Origin: Candidatus Caenarcanales bacterium
GTDB lineage: Bacteria; Cyanobacteriota; Vampirovibrionia; 2-02-FULL-35-15
Length of the DNA: 64,000 nt
Reading direction: 5' to 3'
NCBI GenBank assembly: GCA_020050435.1
Contig: JAGVKQ010000019.1
Span: 33,644-97,643 of the forward strand
The notes below the pieces were generated by a model. The model saw only the letters and a program-made list of their open reading frames with translations, was not told the DNA's origin and searched no databases. Within the stretch, counting starts at the first letter, position 1. Each line of letters begins with the position of its first letter. Position numbers and translations under genes: made by a program. This document shows positions 27,966 through 38,573 of the stretch, piece by piece.

Positions 27966-28893
27966 GATTATATTTTTTTAAAAGAGGGAGAGTTAAAAGA
28001 GTTGTAATCATCTTATCTTTAAAATTTAAATTTTCTTTCCACTCTTCATCAATTTTCAGCTTTATTACACCATTGTGAAATCTGTCAGGATTTCCCCAGG
28101 CTGAATGATTTACACCTAGTTTTACCTCAGTATCAGAGATAAAAGGAGTGTTAGTGACAGGCTCATTAATTAGATTCATGATGTTATTGAAAGTTTCTTT
28201 TGGATTTAAAATAAAATCTTTGTAACTAACTACAAGATGCTTATTATTTAATTTTTTGCATAATTGTTCAGAGGCTATATTTCTAGTGTTCCATAAAAGT
28301 GAATTTGATACAGCGTCATATTGACTCATAAAAATAACTTTATTTTTATCAGGTTGAACAACTTTTTTTTGTCTTGAGTAGGCAATTCCTCTTGGATCCC
28401 TAATTAAATGAACAAAATAAAGATCTATATTTTGCAATTGAGTTAATAAATACCCATAAAATGGAGATTTTGAGGAGTCAACTATAACTTTAGCGTTAGT
28501 TACATCTTTGATGGCTTTAAATAATTTTTCGTGATTCGATATATAGTAATTTAATTTAGATTGAATAAATTCCTTATCATTGGATGAAAAAATATGTGGA
28601 TAATATCTTACTCTGTCGTACTTCTTGGATAATGAAATCATTTTTTTGATATCAATATTCTCAATTCCATCAAATGCTTTATTTAAAATATCTTTCCATA
28701 AGCTGCATTCATTTATGGGAGTTCCACATCCACAAAGCCTGTTTTCAACTAAAACCCTGCCCCAAATATTCCTAATTTCACCACCATAAAATGAGCCTTC
28801 TGCTTCACCTAATATTTTTCCTAAAAGGGTACTACCGTTTCTTCCCCATCCGGTTATATTTATTACTTTTACTTTATTGTTGTTATCATTCAT
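27955..28893 (-). CDS. Sulfotransferase-family protein
   Basis: GWGRNGSTLLG PAPS loop, CGCG...C..W, IVDSSK, HLIRDPRG. Confidence 0.85.
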   Translation of the reverse strand: MNDNNNKVKVINITGWGRNGSTLLGKILGEAEGSFYGGEIRNIWGRVLVENRLCGCGTPINECSLWKDILNKAFDGIENIDIKKMISLSKKYDRVRYYPHIFSSNDKEFIQSKLNYYISNHEKLFKAIKDVTNAKVIVDSSKSPFYGYLLTQLQNIDLYFVHLIRDPRGIAYSRQKKVVQPDKNKVIFMSQYDAVSNSLLWNTRNIASEQLCKKLNNKHLVVSYKDFILNPKETFNNIMNLINEPVTNTPFISDTEVKLGVNHSAWGNPDRFHNGVIKLKIDEEWKENLNFKDKMITTLLTLPLLKKYNLSI

Positions 28894-29019
28894 AAAATTG
28901 ATTAAAAGTTAGTTTTTAATTTACTTGAATAGTAATTTTAACAAACAATGATTTGTAAATCTGTCCGTATTGGTAATACAGTTTCATGTTAGTCTTGTAA
29001 TGGGTAGAAGTTTTTAAGA

Positions 29020-30003
29020 ATGAATAATACAATTACTCAAAATTTTATACGTGAAATAGATTTAAAAAAATTCCTCGTGTTTTCTCTCTCTATTTCAAGT
29101 CTTATTTTAGCTTTTCCGCTTCTTTATTTCCCTATAATCAGAATAACTAAGTTGGCAAAATTTGAACAGGCAAATATTATAGAGATAATTGTAAGGCTGT
29201 TTGATTCTACTCCTGTTGTTGCATTAATTACTCTTTTTTCTATTGTTATTGCGCCATTACTTATGGCTTTATGTTGTATATTTTTTACTCTTTTTGATGA
29301 GGCTGTTAATGAACACAGTTTCTATTACAAAGCATATTTCTTTTCAAAGCAATGGATGATGCTAGATATTTTTACGATTGCTGTCTTTGCCAGCATGATT
29401 AAGTTAGGCGAGCTTGTAGATGTAGCTATTGGACTTGGTACATTTTTTTGTTTTTCTTTTTGGTTATTAGTCTTTTTCACAGATAAATCTCTTTGGTTTC
29501 AAGAAAGAAAGAAGACTAAAAAGAAATCAAATTTAAATGCATTTTGCTATGCTTTGGCAGCATTATTTCTTTTAATTCCTGCAAATATATTACCTATTAT
29601 GACTACAGCAAAACCTGGAATGGTAGAAAAAACTAATTTATGGGAGTCCATAATGCATTTATTTGAAGGACCTGCATGGCCAATTGGTATAATCGTTTTT
29701 TTAGCTAGTTTTTGTGGTCCTTGGTTTAAGATAGCCTCTTTGTTTTATTTAAGCTTGACGGCTAAAAGTAAAAAAAATATGAATTTTAAAAGAAATCTTT
29801 ATCATTTTTTTGAAAATGTAGGCAGGTGGTCAATGATTGATATATTTATAGCTGTAATATTGGTAAGCATAGTTAAACTTAATGCTCTAGCTAACATAAG
29901 TTTAGAAAGTGGTAGTTTAATATTTACAGCTATGGTAATTTTAACTTTGCTATCATCTGCAAGTATTGATTTAAAGGAGCCTATTGCAAATGAATCCGTT
30001 TAG
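29020..30003 (+). CDS. pqiA: Paraquat-inducible protein A (two PqiA domains)
   Basis: WMMLDIF, LLIPANILPIM, IVFLAS, GRWSMIDIF. Confidence 0.85.
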   Translation: MNNTITQNFIREIDLKKFLVFSLSISSLILAFPLLYFPIIRITKLAKFEQANIIEIIVRLFDSTPVVALITLFSIVIAPLLMALCCIFFTLFDEAVNEHSFYYKAYFFSKQWMMLDIFTIAVFASMIKLGELVDVAIGLGTFFCFSFWLLVFFTDKSLWFQERKKTKKKSNLNAFCYALAALFLLIPANILPIMTTAKPGMVEKTNLWESIMHLFEGPAWPIGIIVFLASFCGPWFKIASLFYLSLTAKSKKNMNFKRNLYHFFENVGRWSMIDIFIAVILVSIVKLNALANISLESGSLIFTAMVILTLLSSASIDLKEPIANESV

Positions 30004-30895
30004 AAAAATAAAAAAAGCTGCAATTCTAACTCTGCTTATTCCGTTTGCATCTCTTCTTGTTTCCGGATATGCTATTTATAAATACTATGATGATTTAGGA
30101 CCTATTATACATGTGGAATTTACTTCAGCCGAAGGAGTTGAAGAAGGAAAAACACTTTTAAAATATCATGGAATTCCTGTAGGAAAAGTTATTAAACTGG
30201 ATGTAAGTAAAGATCTTCGTAAAGTTGACCTTGTAATTAGACTTGTGAAAAATGCTTCTCACGTTGCCAACCATGGAGCAAAATTCTGGATTGTCAGACC
30301 AAAAGCTGGGATTAGTGGATTAGAAAATATTGAAACTTTCGTTACTGGGGATTATATTGCTGTTGATTTACCCACAAGAATTGCTAGAGATTCCACTGGT
30401 TTTAATCAATGTCATTTCATAGGACATGAAAAAAATACTAAAAATGTTGTTGACACTGCTGAAAGTGATTTCATCGTAAAGGTAAAATCGCCACATGTTT
30501 TTTCATCCATAATGATAGGATCACCTGTTCTTTATAAAGGGTATGTTGTTGGTGTTGTTGATGACATGGATCTTCCTGAGAGCGGGAAAAATGTATTATT
30601 GACGGTTAATATAAAAGAAGAACATGCTCACTTATTAAGAGAAAATTCAATTTTTTGGAATTTGAAAACTGTAGATTTTGATTGGAAACTATTTAAAGGA
30701 TTTATGATGAAAACTACTTCTAACCCATTAAAAACTTTATTGGTTGGTGGTATAGCATTCTCTACTCCCCCTTATTCAGGACCTATGGTTAAACCGGGTC
30801 ATACTTTTGCACTTCAGTCAGGTTTTGATGAATCATGGTTATATTGGGAGCCAAATATTCCACTCCTGAATACAAAAATAGGGCAAAATTTTTAG
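29990..30895 (+). CDS. pqiB: PqiB/MlaD-family MCE protein (two MCE domains)
   Basis: GP.I...F..AEGVEEGKT..KY.GI.VGKV, FWIVRP, GSPVLYKG..VG, L.GGIAF.TP. Confidence 0.8.
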   Translation: MNPFRKIKKAAILTLLIPFASLLVSGYAIYKYYDDLGPIIHVEFTSAEGVEEGKTLLKYHGIPVGKVIKLDVSKDLRKVDLVIRLVKNASHVANHGAKFWIVRPKAGISGLENIETFVTGDYIAVDLPTRIARDSTGFNQCHFIGHEKNTKNVVDTAESDFIVKVKSPHVFSSIMIGSPVLYKGYVVGVVDDMDLPESGKNVLLTVNIKEEHAHLLRENSIFWNLKTVDFDWKLFKGFMMKTTSNPLKTLLVGGIAFSTPPYSGPMVKPGHTFALQSGFDESWLYWEPNIPLLNTKIGQNF

Positions 30896-30898
30896 TCT

Positions 30899-31414
30899 GT
30901 GAATACACGGTTGAAAATAAATATTGCAAGTAAATTAGATTTAAAAACAGTTATTGATCTTGCAAATAAGATTTGGCCTATATCCTATAAAGGGATCCTA
31001 AGTGAAATCCAAATCCAAAATATGATGGATAAAATTTATTCTTTAGAAAATCTTACCTATGAAATTGAAAAGCTTGGGCATGTATTTTGGATAGCTAATG
31101 ATGAGATTGAACCAGTTGGATATATTTCTGCTTATGTAGATGGTGATAATCTGTGGATAAAAAAACTTTATATTTTACCTGAAAAACAAGGTAAAGGTTA
31201 TGGAAGCCATCTCACTAATACTGCTGTAAATTATTTTAAAGATGCAAAAGCAATTTGCCTTTTCGTTAATATAAATAATAAAGGGGCTCAAACTTTTTAT
31301 AAAGCAAAAGGTTTTGAAGTGATTGATACTGTTCCTGTAAAAATGGGTGACCATGATTTCACTGATTTTATTATGAGAAAACTACTTTATGGAAATAAAA
31401 CTAATAATAGTTGA
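30899..31414 (+). CDS. GNAT-family N-acetyltransferase
   Basis: KLYILPEKQGKGYG, VN..N..A..FY...GF. Confidence 0.88.
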   Translation: MNTRLKINIASKLDLKTVIDLANKIWPISYKGILSEIQIQNMMDKIYSLENLTYEIEKLGHVFWIANDEIEPVGYISAYVDGDNLWIKKLYILPEKQGKGYGSHLTNTAVNYFKDAKAICLFVNINNKGAQTFYKAKGFEVIDTVPVKMGDHDFTDFIMRKLLYGNKTNNS

Positions 31415-31499
31415 AACTTGAAGATTAATTTATTTTAACTTTAACTAAATCTTAAGATTAATTTTATATAAATAAATTAATTTGTATGTGGAGGATTCT

Positions 31500-32174
31500 A
31501 TGGCATTAAATAGAGTTATTGCTCAAGCACCTAAAAATGGTAATGAACAGATAAAACTAAATATTCTTACATTGGTTGATAGCAATGGTAGCTTAAAAAT
31601 TAGAGTTCTTGATGAAGATGTTGTTAAAAATAAATTACAAGATTTGTCCGTGGTTGAAAAGGGACAAAAAAGAAAACTAACAGAAGATGAAATTACAAAA
31701 CTTGTGCCTAATATAAAAGCTCAGACTGAAGAGTTTAATAAACTTGTTCAAGGGAAAAAATATGAAATTATTGTCCCTAAAAACAAAACAAATATTGCCC
31801 CAACAGAATTAACTAGTTCACCAGATGATGTTAAAGAAGACTTAGTGGTGAAAATTGGTGCACCGGTAATGAACATAGCAGACGGAAAGCCTATTGTTAA
31901 TTATGATTTTAAAAATATATCTTTGATTAAGTATATAGATCCCAAAGGTAAAAAAGAAAAAACAGGTGTCTTTATTCCTTACACTAAAAACACCACCGAG
32001 GGTCCTAAGCAAGCTGGCGCTGTATTCCCTTCTGATGTTGATGCAGTCTTTATTGATTCAAATAAAAAAATCTTTTATTTGAATCCAGCAATTAATAAGG
32101 CTTTACTGGAAAATAAAGAAAATAAGCCACAGCCTAAAAATAATCCTGCACAAAGTGGTGGAATAGTTGCTTAG
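31500..32174 (+). CDS. Hypothetical protein
   Basis: Long ORF; GGAGG RBS before ATG 31500. Confidence 0.65.
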   Translation: MALNRVIAQAPKNGNEQIKLNILTLVDSNGSLKIRVLDEDVVKNKLQDLSVVEKGQKRKLTEDEITKLVPNIKAQTEEFNKLVQGKKYEIIVPKNKTNIAPTELTSSPDDVKEDLVVKIGAPVMNIADGKPIVNYDFKNISLIKYIDPKGKKEKTGVFIPYTKNTTEGPKQAGAVFPSDVDAVFIDSNKKIFYLNPAINKALLENKENKPQPKNNPAQSGGIVA

Positions 32175-32293
32175 GTTTTAAGAAGAAAAGTTACTCTTTT
32201 CTAGATGAAGTTAAACTACTAGGAAGTCTCCTTATTAACATACATCCTACAAATGCTAAAATTCCTTTATTAGAAAATTGAGAGGAAAAATAT

Positions 32294-32476
32294 ATGTTAA
32301 AGTGGGCTGTGTTTTTTATGTTTCTATCTTTAATAGCAGGTTTCTTTGGTTTTAGTGGAATTGCTTCAGTTTCTGGAGATGTATCCAGGTTTTTACTTTT
32401 TCTATTTTTAGTAACTCTTGTTTTTGGTCTTATTATAGGTGTTGAAGCCATAAAGCTAATAACGAAGAAAAACTAA
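32294..32476 (+). CDS. DUF1328-family small membrane protein
   Basis: MLKWAVFF..LSLIAGFFGFSGIA......LLF.FLV. Confidence 0.85.
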   Translation: MLKWAVFFMFLSLIAGFFGFSGIASVSGDVSRFLLFLFLVTLVFGLIIGVEAIKLITKKN

Positions 32477-32485
32477 AAAATATTT

Positions 32486-32971
32486 TTAAGAAATCATGCT
32501 TCTTAGCATCCAAGCAGTTTTTTCATGAGTTTGCATTCTTTGTGTAAGTAAATCACAGGTCGATTCATCGCTAGCTCTTTCAGCTATAGGGAAAATGGAT
32601 CTGGCTGTTTTAACGACAGCTTCATTTCCTTCGACGAGAAGTTTAATCATTTCTTCTGCAGCAGGAATAGATGGTTCTTCTTTTATGCTGGATAATTTAG
32701 TGAATTCACTATATGAACCTGGTGAGAAAAATCCTAAAGCTCTAATTCTCTCTGCAATAAGATCTACTGCTAATGCTAACTCATTATATTGTGCCTCAAA
32801 CATTAGATGTAGAGTATTAAACATTGGTCCAGTAACATTCCAGTGGAAGTTATGTGTTTTTAAATAAAGAGTATAAGTATCAGCAAGCAATCTCGATAAG
32901 CCATCTGATATTTCTTTTCTATCTTTTTCATTAATTCCTATATCTATTTGAGGTAATATTTTTGTTTGCAT
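32486..32971 (-). CDS. dps: Dps DNA-protection protein
   Basis: [42 protein letters not shown]. Confidence 0.95.
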   Translation of the reverse strand: MQTKILPQIDIGINEKDRKEISDGLSRLLADTYTLYLKTHNFHWNVTGPMFNTLHLMFEAQYNELALAVDLIAERIRALGFFSPGSYSEFTKLSSIKEEPSIPAAEEMIKLLVEGNEAVVKTARSIFPIAERASDESTCDLLTQRMQTHEKTAWMLRSMIS

Positions 32972-33079
32972 GGCATCTCCTATTTATTAATCTATTTGAT
33001 CTAATTATATAATCAAAAGTATAGTTAAGCTATTGAATTAATCTATAAAACAGAGATTATTCAGTATATAATCTCATCC

Positions 33080-33634
33080 ATGATCCTAATTTTTCACAAA
33101 CCCTATGGAGTTATTTCTCAATTTACTAAAGAGAAAGCAGAACATAGAACTTTAGCAGAGTTTGATTTTCCAAAAAATGTTTATCCGATCGGCCGTCTAG
33201 ATTGGGATAGTGAAGGATTACTTTTATTAAGCGATGAAAAAGAATGGAATGATAAACTTTTAAATCCACGTCATGAACATGAAAGAACTTATCATGCTCA
33301 GGTGGAAGGAATTGCTACTGAAGATGCTATAAACAAACTTCAAAAAGGTGTAGTTATTCAGGAATATAAAACAAAGCCTTGCAAAGCAAAACTGCTAAGT
33401 GATCCAGGTTATTCTGAGCGTAATCCACCTATTCGTTTTAGAAAGGCTATTCCTACTAGCTGGCTTGAGCTTAAATTGACAGAAGGTAAAAATAGGCAGG
33501 TTAGACGTATGACTGCTGCTGTAGGATTTCCAACTCTTCGTTTGATACGTGTGGCAATGGGGACCATTCAACTGGCTGATTTGAAGGCCGGAGAGTGGAA
33601 AGAGCTCAGTCCAGAACAAATAAAAACACTATAA
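33080..33634 (+). CDS. rluE: rRNA pseudouridine synthase (RluE-like)
   Basis: GRLDWDSEGLLLL, RNPPIRFRKAIPTSW, EGKNRQVRRMTAAVGFPTLRLIR. Confidence 0.85.
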   Translation: MILIFHKPYGVISQFTKEKAEHRTLAEFDFPKNVYPIGRLDWDSEGLLLLSDEKEWNDKLLNPRHEHERTYHAQVEGIATEDAINKLQKGVVIQEYKTKPCKAKLLSDPGYSERNPPIRFRKAIPTSWLELKLTEGKNRQVRRMTAAVGFPTLRLIRVAMGTIQLADLKAGEWKELSPEQIKTL

Positions 33635-33947
33635 CTATTTATCTTCCCTGAATCTTATGAAGTTTAGGATAGGTCAATTACACAATAAAAAAAGTATATC
33701 TATTTATATTTCGCTAAAACCTAGGTAATTATTACTAAAATACTTAAAAGCTCACATGTCTATAAACGTTGTACAGGAGATTATGCAATGTTATAATGGG
33801 GAAGTACAAGAGAAATTAAGCATTAATATTTTTTCTAGGGTAGAAATAAATAACAATCAAATACTCATTACTATTAATTAGTTGAAATCATAAAGAGTAA
33901 TAATTGGATTAATGTAAAGCTCTAAAAAGTGAAGAGATAACATAATT

Positions 33948-35078
33948 ATGGGAACAGCTACATTGAACATAGAAACAACTCCAGAATTAAAAGTAATAGA
34001 AGAATTAAAACTTATCTCAAAGAGTGAATATCGCTCTGTATTGAGAGAACACATTGCTGTTGAAGATTTTCAGCCAGATAAAAACGAACTTTTACGTTAC
34101 TCTTTATTTATGTCTATATATATAGTCGGAGTTTACAGCATAGTAAATCTTCCCTTAGTTCTTCCATTTAAGATGCTCATATCAATTGTTATGGGAATAT
34201 CGCTTGCTTCATTAACTTTTTTTCTCCATGATTTAATGCATGGAGCAGTTCTAAAATCAAGAAGAGCTACTTATCTTATTGGACTATCAATAGGAGTTTT
34301 AAATCTTTTTGCACCACTTTTTTGGCAAAGAGTTCATAATTTTCACCATGCAAAAACTGGTGGAATAGATGATCCTGATCGTTTATATATATGGACTGAA
34401 AAACCAAAAAATGCTTTTGAAAGATTTATATATAAGTTAAGAGTTTCCAATAGTGCATCTAATAAAATTGCAAGTGTTGCTGGAATGTCTTTTGGTTTTT
34501 TCTGGTACTTCTCTACCATGCTTTATGCAATGATGCAAAAACCAGAAAGCTATAAGGCTGATAGTCAATATCAAGGTATAAATCAGCTTTTTAAACCCAA
34601 AGAAAAACTTTTTATTTTTGGAGAATTGCTTTTTATCCTCTCATTCCAAGTTTTCATGTTTTCAGTAGTTGCCCAAGGAAACCTTATAACCTATGTTTTA
34701 ACGTCATTCTTGCCTATTCTAATAGCACACTTCACATCAATGCTATATATCCACACTAATCACTTTCTCTCACCACTTACTATGGAAATAGATGATCCTT
34801 TAATTAATTCTCTTTCATTGAAAAACAGTAAGGTCGTAGATGCAGTATTCTCAAATTTTTCGCATCACGTTGAACATCATTTATTCCCAGCAATGAGTTC
34901 ATCACACTATCCAAAAATCAGAAAATTGCTTTTAGAGATTTATCCAGGTCGTTTTCAGTTAATGCCAATGTATGATGCTGTAAAACAACTTTGCTCTACT
35001 CCAAGAATATATGCTGATCCTACAACCCTCGTTACTTATGATAAAGATGAAAAATTTAGTTGTTTAATGCCACATTAA
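33948..35078 (+). CDS. Membrane fatty-acid desaturase-family protein (paralog 1)
   Basis: His boxes HDLMH, HNFHH, HHVEHH. Confidence 0.88.
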   Translation: MGTATLNIETTPELKVIEELKLISKSEYRSVLREHIAVEDFQPDKNELLRYSLFMSIYIVGVYSIVNLPLVLPFKMLISIVMGISLASLTFFLHDLMHGAVLKSRRATYLIGLSIGVLNLFAPLFWQRVHNFHHAKTGGIDDPDRLYIWTEKPKNAFERFIYKLRVSNSASNKIASVAGMSFGFFWYFSTMLYAMMQKPESYKADSQYQGINQLFKPKEKLFIFGELLFILSFQVFMFSVVAQGNLITYVLTSFLPILIAHFTSMLYIHTNHFLSPLTMEIDDPLINSLSLKNSKVVDAVFSNFSHHVEHHLFPAMSSSHYPKIRKLLLEIYPGRFQLMPMYDAVKQLCSTPRIYADPTTLVTYDKDEKFSCLMPH

Positions 35079-35105
35079 TTGTTTTTTAAAATAAAGGAGA
35101 AGACC

Positions 35106-35402
35106 ATGCTTAAAAAGATCTCTATTGTTATATTACTAAGTGTTTTATTAATTAATTTTCATCCTGCAAATGCTCATGCAAGTGTTAGTTCTCAGCTTTG
35201 TAATGCTGCTACAAATGTATGTGTATCTAATGTTACTAATCCTGACACCGTTAAAGACGAAGCACTACTTAAAGCTTGTAAAGATTGCTGTAGCCATGCA
35301 GGAGATAATGCTCCACCATCAGTCAAGAAAATATATAAGGGTTGCATACCTAGATGTAAAACAAGCTGTGCAAAAGCATATAAAAAAGCTCTTTCAAAAT
35401 AA
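35106..35402 (+). CDS. Small secreted Cys-rich protein
   Basis: AAGGAG RBS, signal peptide ending AHA, 8 Cys (C-C, CxxCC, CxxxCxxxC). Confidence 0.7.
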   Translation: MLKKISIVILLSVLLINFHPANAHASVSSQLCNAATNVCVSNVTNPDTVKDEALLKACKDCCSHAGDNAPPSVKKIYKGCIPRCKTSCAKAYKKALSK

Positions 35403-35527
35403 ACTAGTTAATTGTAAACAATTTATTGTTATACCTGCAACTCTAATTCATTCTTAATGTCTTTATATTAACAATGGTAATGTAATCATTGAATTATTTA
35501 AAGGTTAAAAATTTGAGGTTGAGGGTT

Positions 35528-37381
35528 ATGAAAATAAAAAGTTTGTTGAGCATTCTTCTTTGTTTGTTTATTTTTTCAGGTCTATTAATAGATAAAGCAA
35601 GTGCAGAGTGTACTGGCTCAACCCCAATTTCCTGCTCAGATGGTAGTTGTGCTCAAACAGCAGCATTATGTCCATGTCCTAGTGGACAAAGTAAATGTAC
35701 AGATGGAACGTGTGCCGTTACATGCCCAGGTACTTGCAGTGGCTCCACGCCTATTACTTGTTCAGATGGAACCTGTGCAGTGGCAGCAGCAAATTGTCCA
35801 GTTGCTTGCCCTAATGAAAAACCTATCAAATGTTCTGATGGCACATGTACGGCAGTTATAGCAGACTGCTGTCCTAGCGATAAACCTATAAAATGTACAG
35901 ATGGATCATGTGCAACAGCCGCTGCAAATTGTCCAGTTACCTGTCCTAGTACTAAACCAATTTTATGCTCTGATAATACCTGTGCTTTAACTAAAGCAGA
36001 TTGCCCATGTGCTAGTGGATTAACTAAATGTTCAGATGGAACGTGTGCGACATCATGCCCATCAGATTGCCCTTCTACTAAACCTATAAAATGTTCAGAT
36101 GGATCATGTGTAGTCGCAGCAGCAGATTGTCCGGTTGCTTGCCCTAGTGAAAAACCTATTAAATGTTCAAATGGTACTTGTACTGCAGTTATAGCAGATT
36201 GTTCTACTTGTTCTTCTGAAACCCCAATTAGTTGTTTTGATGGAACTTGTTCAAAAACACAGGCTGATTGTCCATGTTCAACGGGAGAGGGTAAATGCAC
36301 AGATGGAACATGTTCAACTAAATGCTTCACATGTAGTGGAACCACACCAATAACTTGTTTTGATGGAACTTGCGCAAAAACTCAGGCTGACTGCTTATGT
36401 CCTGTTGAAAAACCATTTAAGTGTTCAGATGATATCTGTGCTCCAACAGAAGCAGAATGTCCGTCTGGTTGCCCTAGTACTAAGCCAGTTGTATGTTCAG
36501 ATGGAAGTTGTGCACAAATTAAAGCTGATTGCCCATGTTCTACTGAAAAACCATTTAAGTGCTCAGATGGAACATGTGCGGCAGTTAAAACAGATTGCCC
36601 AGTATCCTGCCCTAGTACTAAACCAGTTAAGTGTCCTGATGGAACTTGTGCTGCTAAAACAATATTATGTCCCATAGCTAATACTTGTGCTGATGATAAG
36701 CCTGTTCAATGTGCTGATGGGAGTTGTGTAGTAGAGAAAGAGCAATGCTTATTAAAAAATGGTTGCTCGCTTGAAAAACCAATTAAATGTTCTGATGGTA
36801 CCTGTGTTGAAAAAATAGCACTATGTTTTTTAGTTAATACCTGCCCAGAATCTAACCCTGTTTTATGTTCTAATGGGACCTGTGTCGCTGATAAAATCTT
36901 ATGCGATACCCCTTCTTCCCTGTGTCCAGAATCTAAACCAGTTAAATGCTCTAATGGTATATGTGTGTTAAAACCTGAAGAGTGTGTATCAAGTGGAACA
37001 GGTTCCTCTAATCCAAGACAGCAAACTACTAAGGCTCTTAGAAGCTTGGATTTGGCTGCAAAAAAACTTGCAAAATCTACAAAAGCTAGTCGTATAGTTT
37101 CAAGAAAAATTCTCATTGCTATCAATAAAACAAGATTAGCTGTAGGTATAAAAGGAGATAGTTGTGAAGAGAATATAACTAATGCTATAAATAACCTTGT
37201 TGAAATTCTTGATGAAGTAAATAGCAAGATTTGTACAGGCTCAACATCTCAAAGTTGTATTCCAGAACAGATTGTAAATGACTTTTTTGATGCAGCTAGT
37301 GATTCTATTGATATTATTCTTTCAGCTCTTGACATAGATACTAATGACGATTCTGTTCCTGATCTTTGTGGAAAGAAGTAA
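35528..37381 (+). CDS. Secreted protein with 20 Cys-rich repeats and helical C-terminal domain
   Basis: Signal peptide; 20 copies of Cx(D/N)GxC-type core within CPxxKPIKCSDGTCxxxxxxC; terminal DTNDDSVPDLC. Confidence 0.8.
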   Translation: MKIKSLLSILLCLFIFSGLLIDKASAECTGSTPISCSDGSCAQTAALCPCPSGQSKCTDGTCAVTCPGTCSGSTPITCSDGTCAVAAANCPVACPNEKPIKCSDGTCTAVIADCCPSDKPIKCTDGSCATAAANCPVTCPSTKPILCSDNTCALTKADCPCASGLTKCSDGTCATSCPSDCPSTKPIKCSDGSCVVAAADCPVACPSEKPIKCSNGTCTAVIADCSTCSSETPISCFDGTCSKTQADCPCSTGEGKCTDGTCSTKCFTCSGTTPITCFDGTCAKTQADCLCPVEKPFKCSDDICAPTEAECPSGCPSTKPVVCSDGSCAQIKADCPCSTEKPFKCSDGTCAAVKTDCPVSCPSTKPVKCPDGTCAAKTILCPIANTCADDKPVQCADGSCVVEKEQCLLKNGCSLEKPIKCSDGTCVEKIALCFLVNTCPESNPVLCSNGTCVADKILCDTPSSLCPESKPVKCSNGICVLKPEECVSSGTGSSNPRQQTTKALRSLDLAAKKLAKSTKASRIVSRKILIAINKTRLAVGIKGDSCEENITNAINNLVEILDEVNSKICTGSTSQSCIPEQIVNDFFDAASDSIDIILSALDIDTNDDSVPDLCGKK

Positions 37382-37385
37382 TATC

Positions 37386-38570
37386 TTAAGAGTTATTTAG
37401 TTTTAATGCTTTTGCAAGAGCAGGAATGGTAGTTCCTTGTACCACCATAGATATAAGAACAACGAAAAAGACTACATTAAAAATCATTTCTGATTTTGGT
37501 ACATGGGCTAATAATGGAAAAGTTGCCAGTATTATTGGGACTGCACCACGTAGTCCTAGCCAGGAAATAAGGATTTTTTCTTTAAAACTTAGTTTTGTGA
37601 AAATTAAGCTTGCAAAAACACTAATAGGACGAGCAATCAAAGCAAGAAATATAGATGCAAGTATGCCTTTATCCATTACGTGAACTAAGTGTGATGGATA
37701 AACTAAGAGTCCAAGTGTAAAAAACATTATTATTTGCATTAACCATATAAGTCCATCATGAAAGTTCATTATTTCAATTTTGTTTTGAATTATGGATTTA
37801 CTAAGCATTATGCCAAGAATATAAACCGCTAAAAACCCACTACCATGAAAAAAAGTTGTTATACCATAGGTAAACAGAACAAATGAAATAGAAAGAACTG
37901 GATACAGTCCTTCATACTCAAGGTTTATAGAATTTAGAATTGATACTGCTAGCATCCCCATGCATAAGCCCATTGCTGTTCCGATAACAAACTGGCTAAA
38001 GAAAAAGCCTATAAACTCAGCATAGCCAGATAGTCTATTTGTAACTAAGCTTGTCAAAGCTATAGTCATAAAAACAGCCATAGGGTCATTTATTCCTGAC
38101 TCCAGCTCAACCAATGATAAAAGTTTATGATTAATGGCAAGTTTTTTTTCTTTTATAAGTGAAAAAACTGCAGCTGGATCTGTGGGTGAAATAATTGCAC
38201 CTAGTAGAAGCCCTTCAAATAAAGTAAAGCCAAGTAAATTTTTTGAAAGTATACAAATTAATACTGCAGAAAAAACTACACCTACAGTGGAAAGTGAAAT
38301 ACCTTCCCATATAATAGCTTTTGTTCGTTTCCATTTTGAACTTAATCCACTTGAAAATAAAATAAATATCAATGCAATAATTCCAAGAAATTGTGCTAAT
38401 CCAGCATCATTAAAATAAATACCTCCAGGTCCGTCTGATCCCGCCAGCATTCCAATAATTAAAAAAAGTAAAAGAGCTGGAATGTTAAGTTTTGAAGAAG
38501 CTTTGCTGGAAAATACACTTAGCATTAAAAAAACTGATGAAATTAAAATTATTTGTTCGGTTTCAAGCAT
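37386..38570 (-). CDS. K+/H+ antiporter, NhaP2/CvrA-like (membrane domain only)
   Basis: GMLAGSDGPGGIYF, TDPAAVFS, LESGINDPMA, GLRGAVPIILA; no TrkA-C tail. Confidence 0.88.
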   Translation of the reverse strand: MLETEQIILISSVFLMLSVFSSKASSKLNIPALLLFLIIGMLAGSDGPGGIYFNDAGLAQFLGIIALIFILFSSGLSSKWKRTKAIIWEGISLSTVGVVFSAVLICILSKNLLGFTLFEGLLLGAIISPTDPAAVFSLIKEKKLAINHKLLSLVELESGINDPMAVFMTIALTSLVTNRLSGYAEFIGFFFSQFVIGTAMGLCMGMLAVSILNSINLEYEGLYPVLSISFVLFTYGITTFFHGSGFLAVYILGIMLSKSIIQNKIEIMNFHDGLIWLMQIIMFFTLGLLVYPSHLVHVMDKGILASIFLALIARPISVFASLIFTKLSFKEKILISWLGLRGAVPIILATFPLLAHVPKSEMIFNVVFFVVLISMVVQGTTIPALAKALKLNNS

Positions 38571-38573
38571 AGC
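38523..38573. repeat. 51-bp direct repeat, copy 1 (5' end of antiporter gene)
   Basis: CATTAAAAAAACTGATGAAATTAAAATTATTTGTTCGGTTTCAAGCATAGC identical to 46144-46194. Confidence 0.95.

Noticed and set aside
31415-31470. Recurrent AAGATTAA/AATCTT words upstream of several hypothetical genes (also near 1840, 47153, 52210)
   Set aside because: Low information content, no fixed spacing to a -10; not distinguishable from AT-rich background by eye
33020-33060. OxyR-like ATAG-N7-CAAT pattern upstream of dps (weaker upstream of Prx-Grx)
   Set aside because: Only one convincing half-site in very AT-rich DNA; no oxyR in the window
35601-37227. Several overlapping His/Gln-rich ORFs on other frames
   Set aside because: Shadows of the Cys-repeat gene; no independent RBS or motifs
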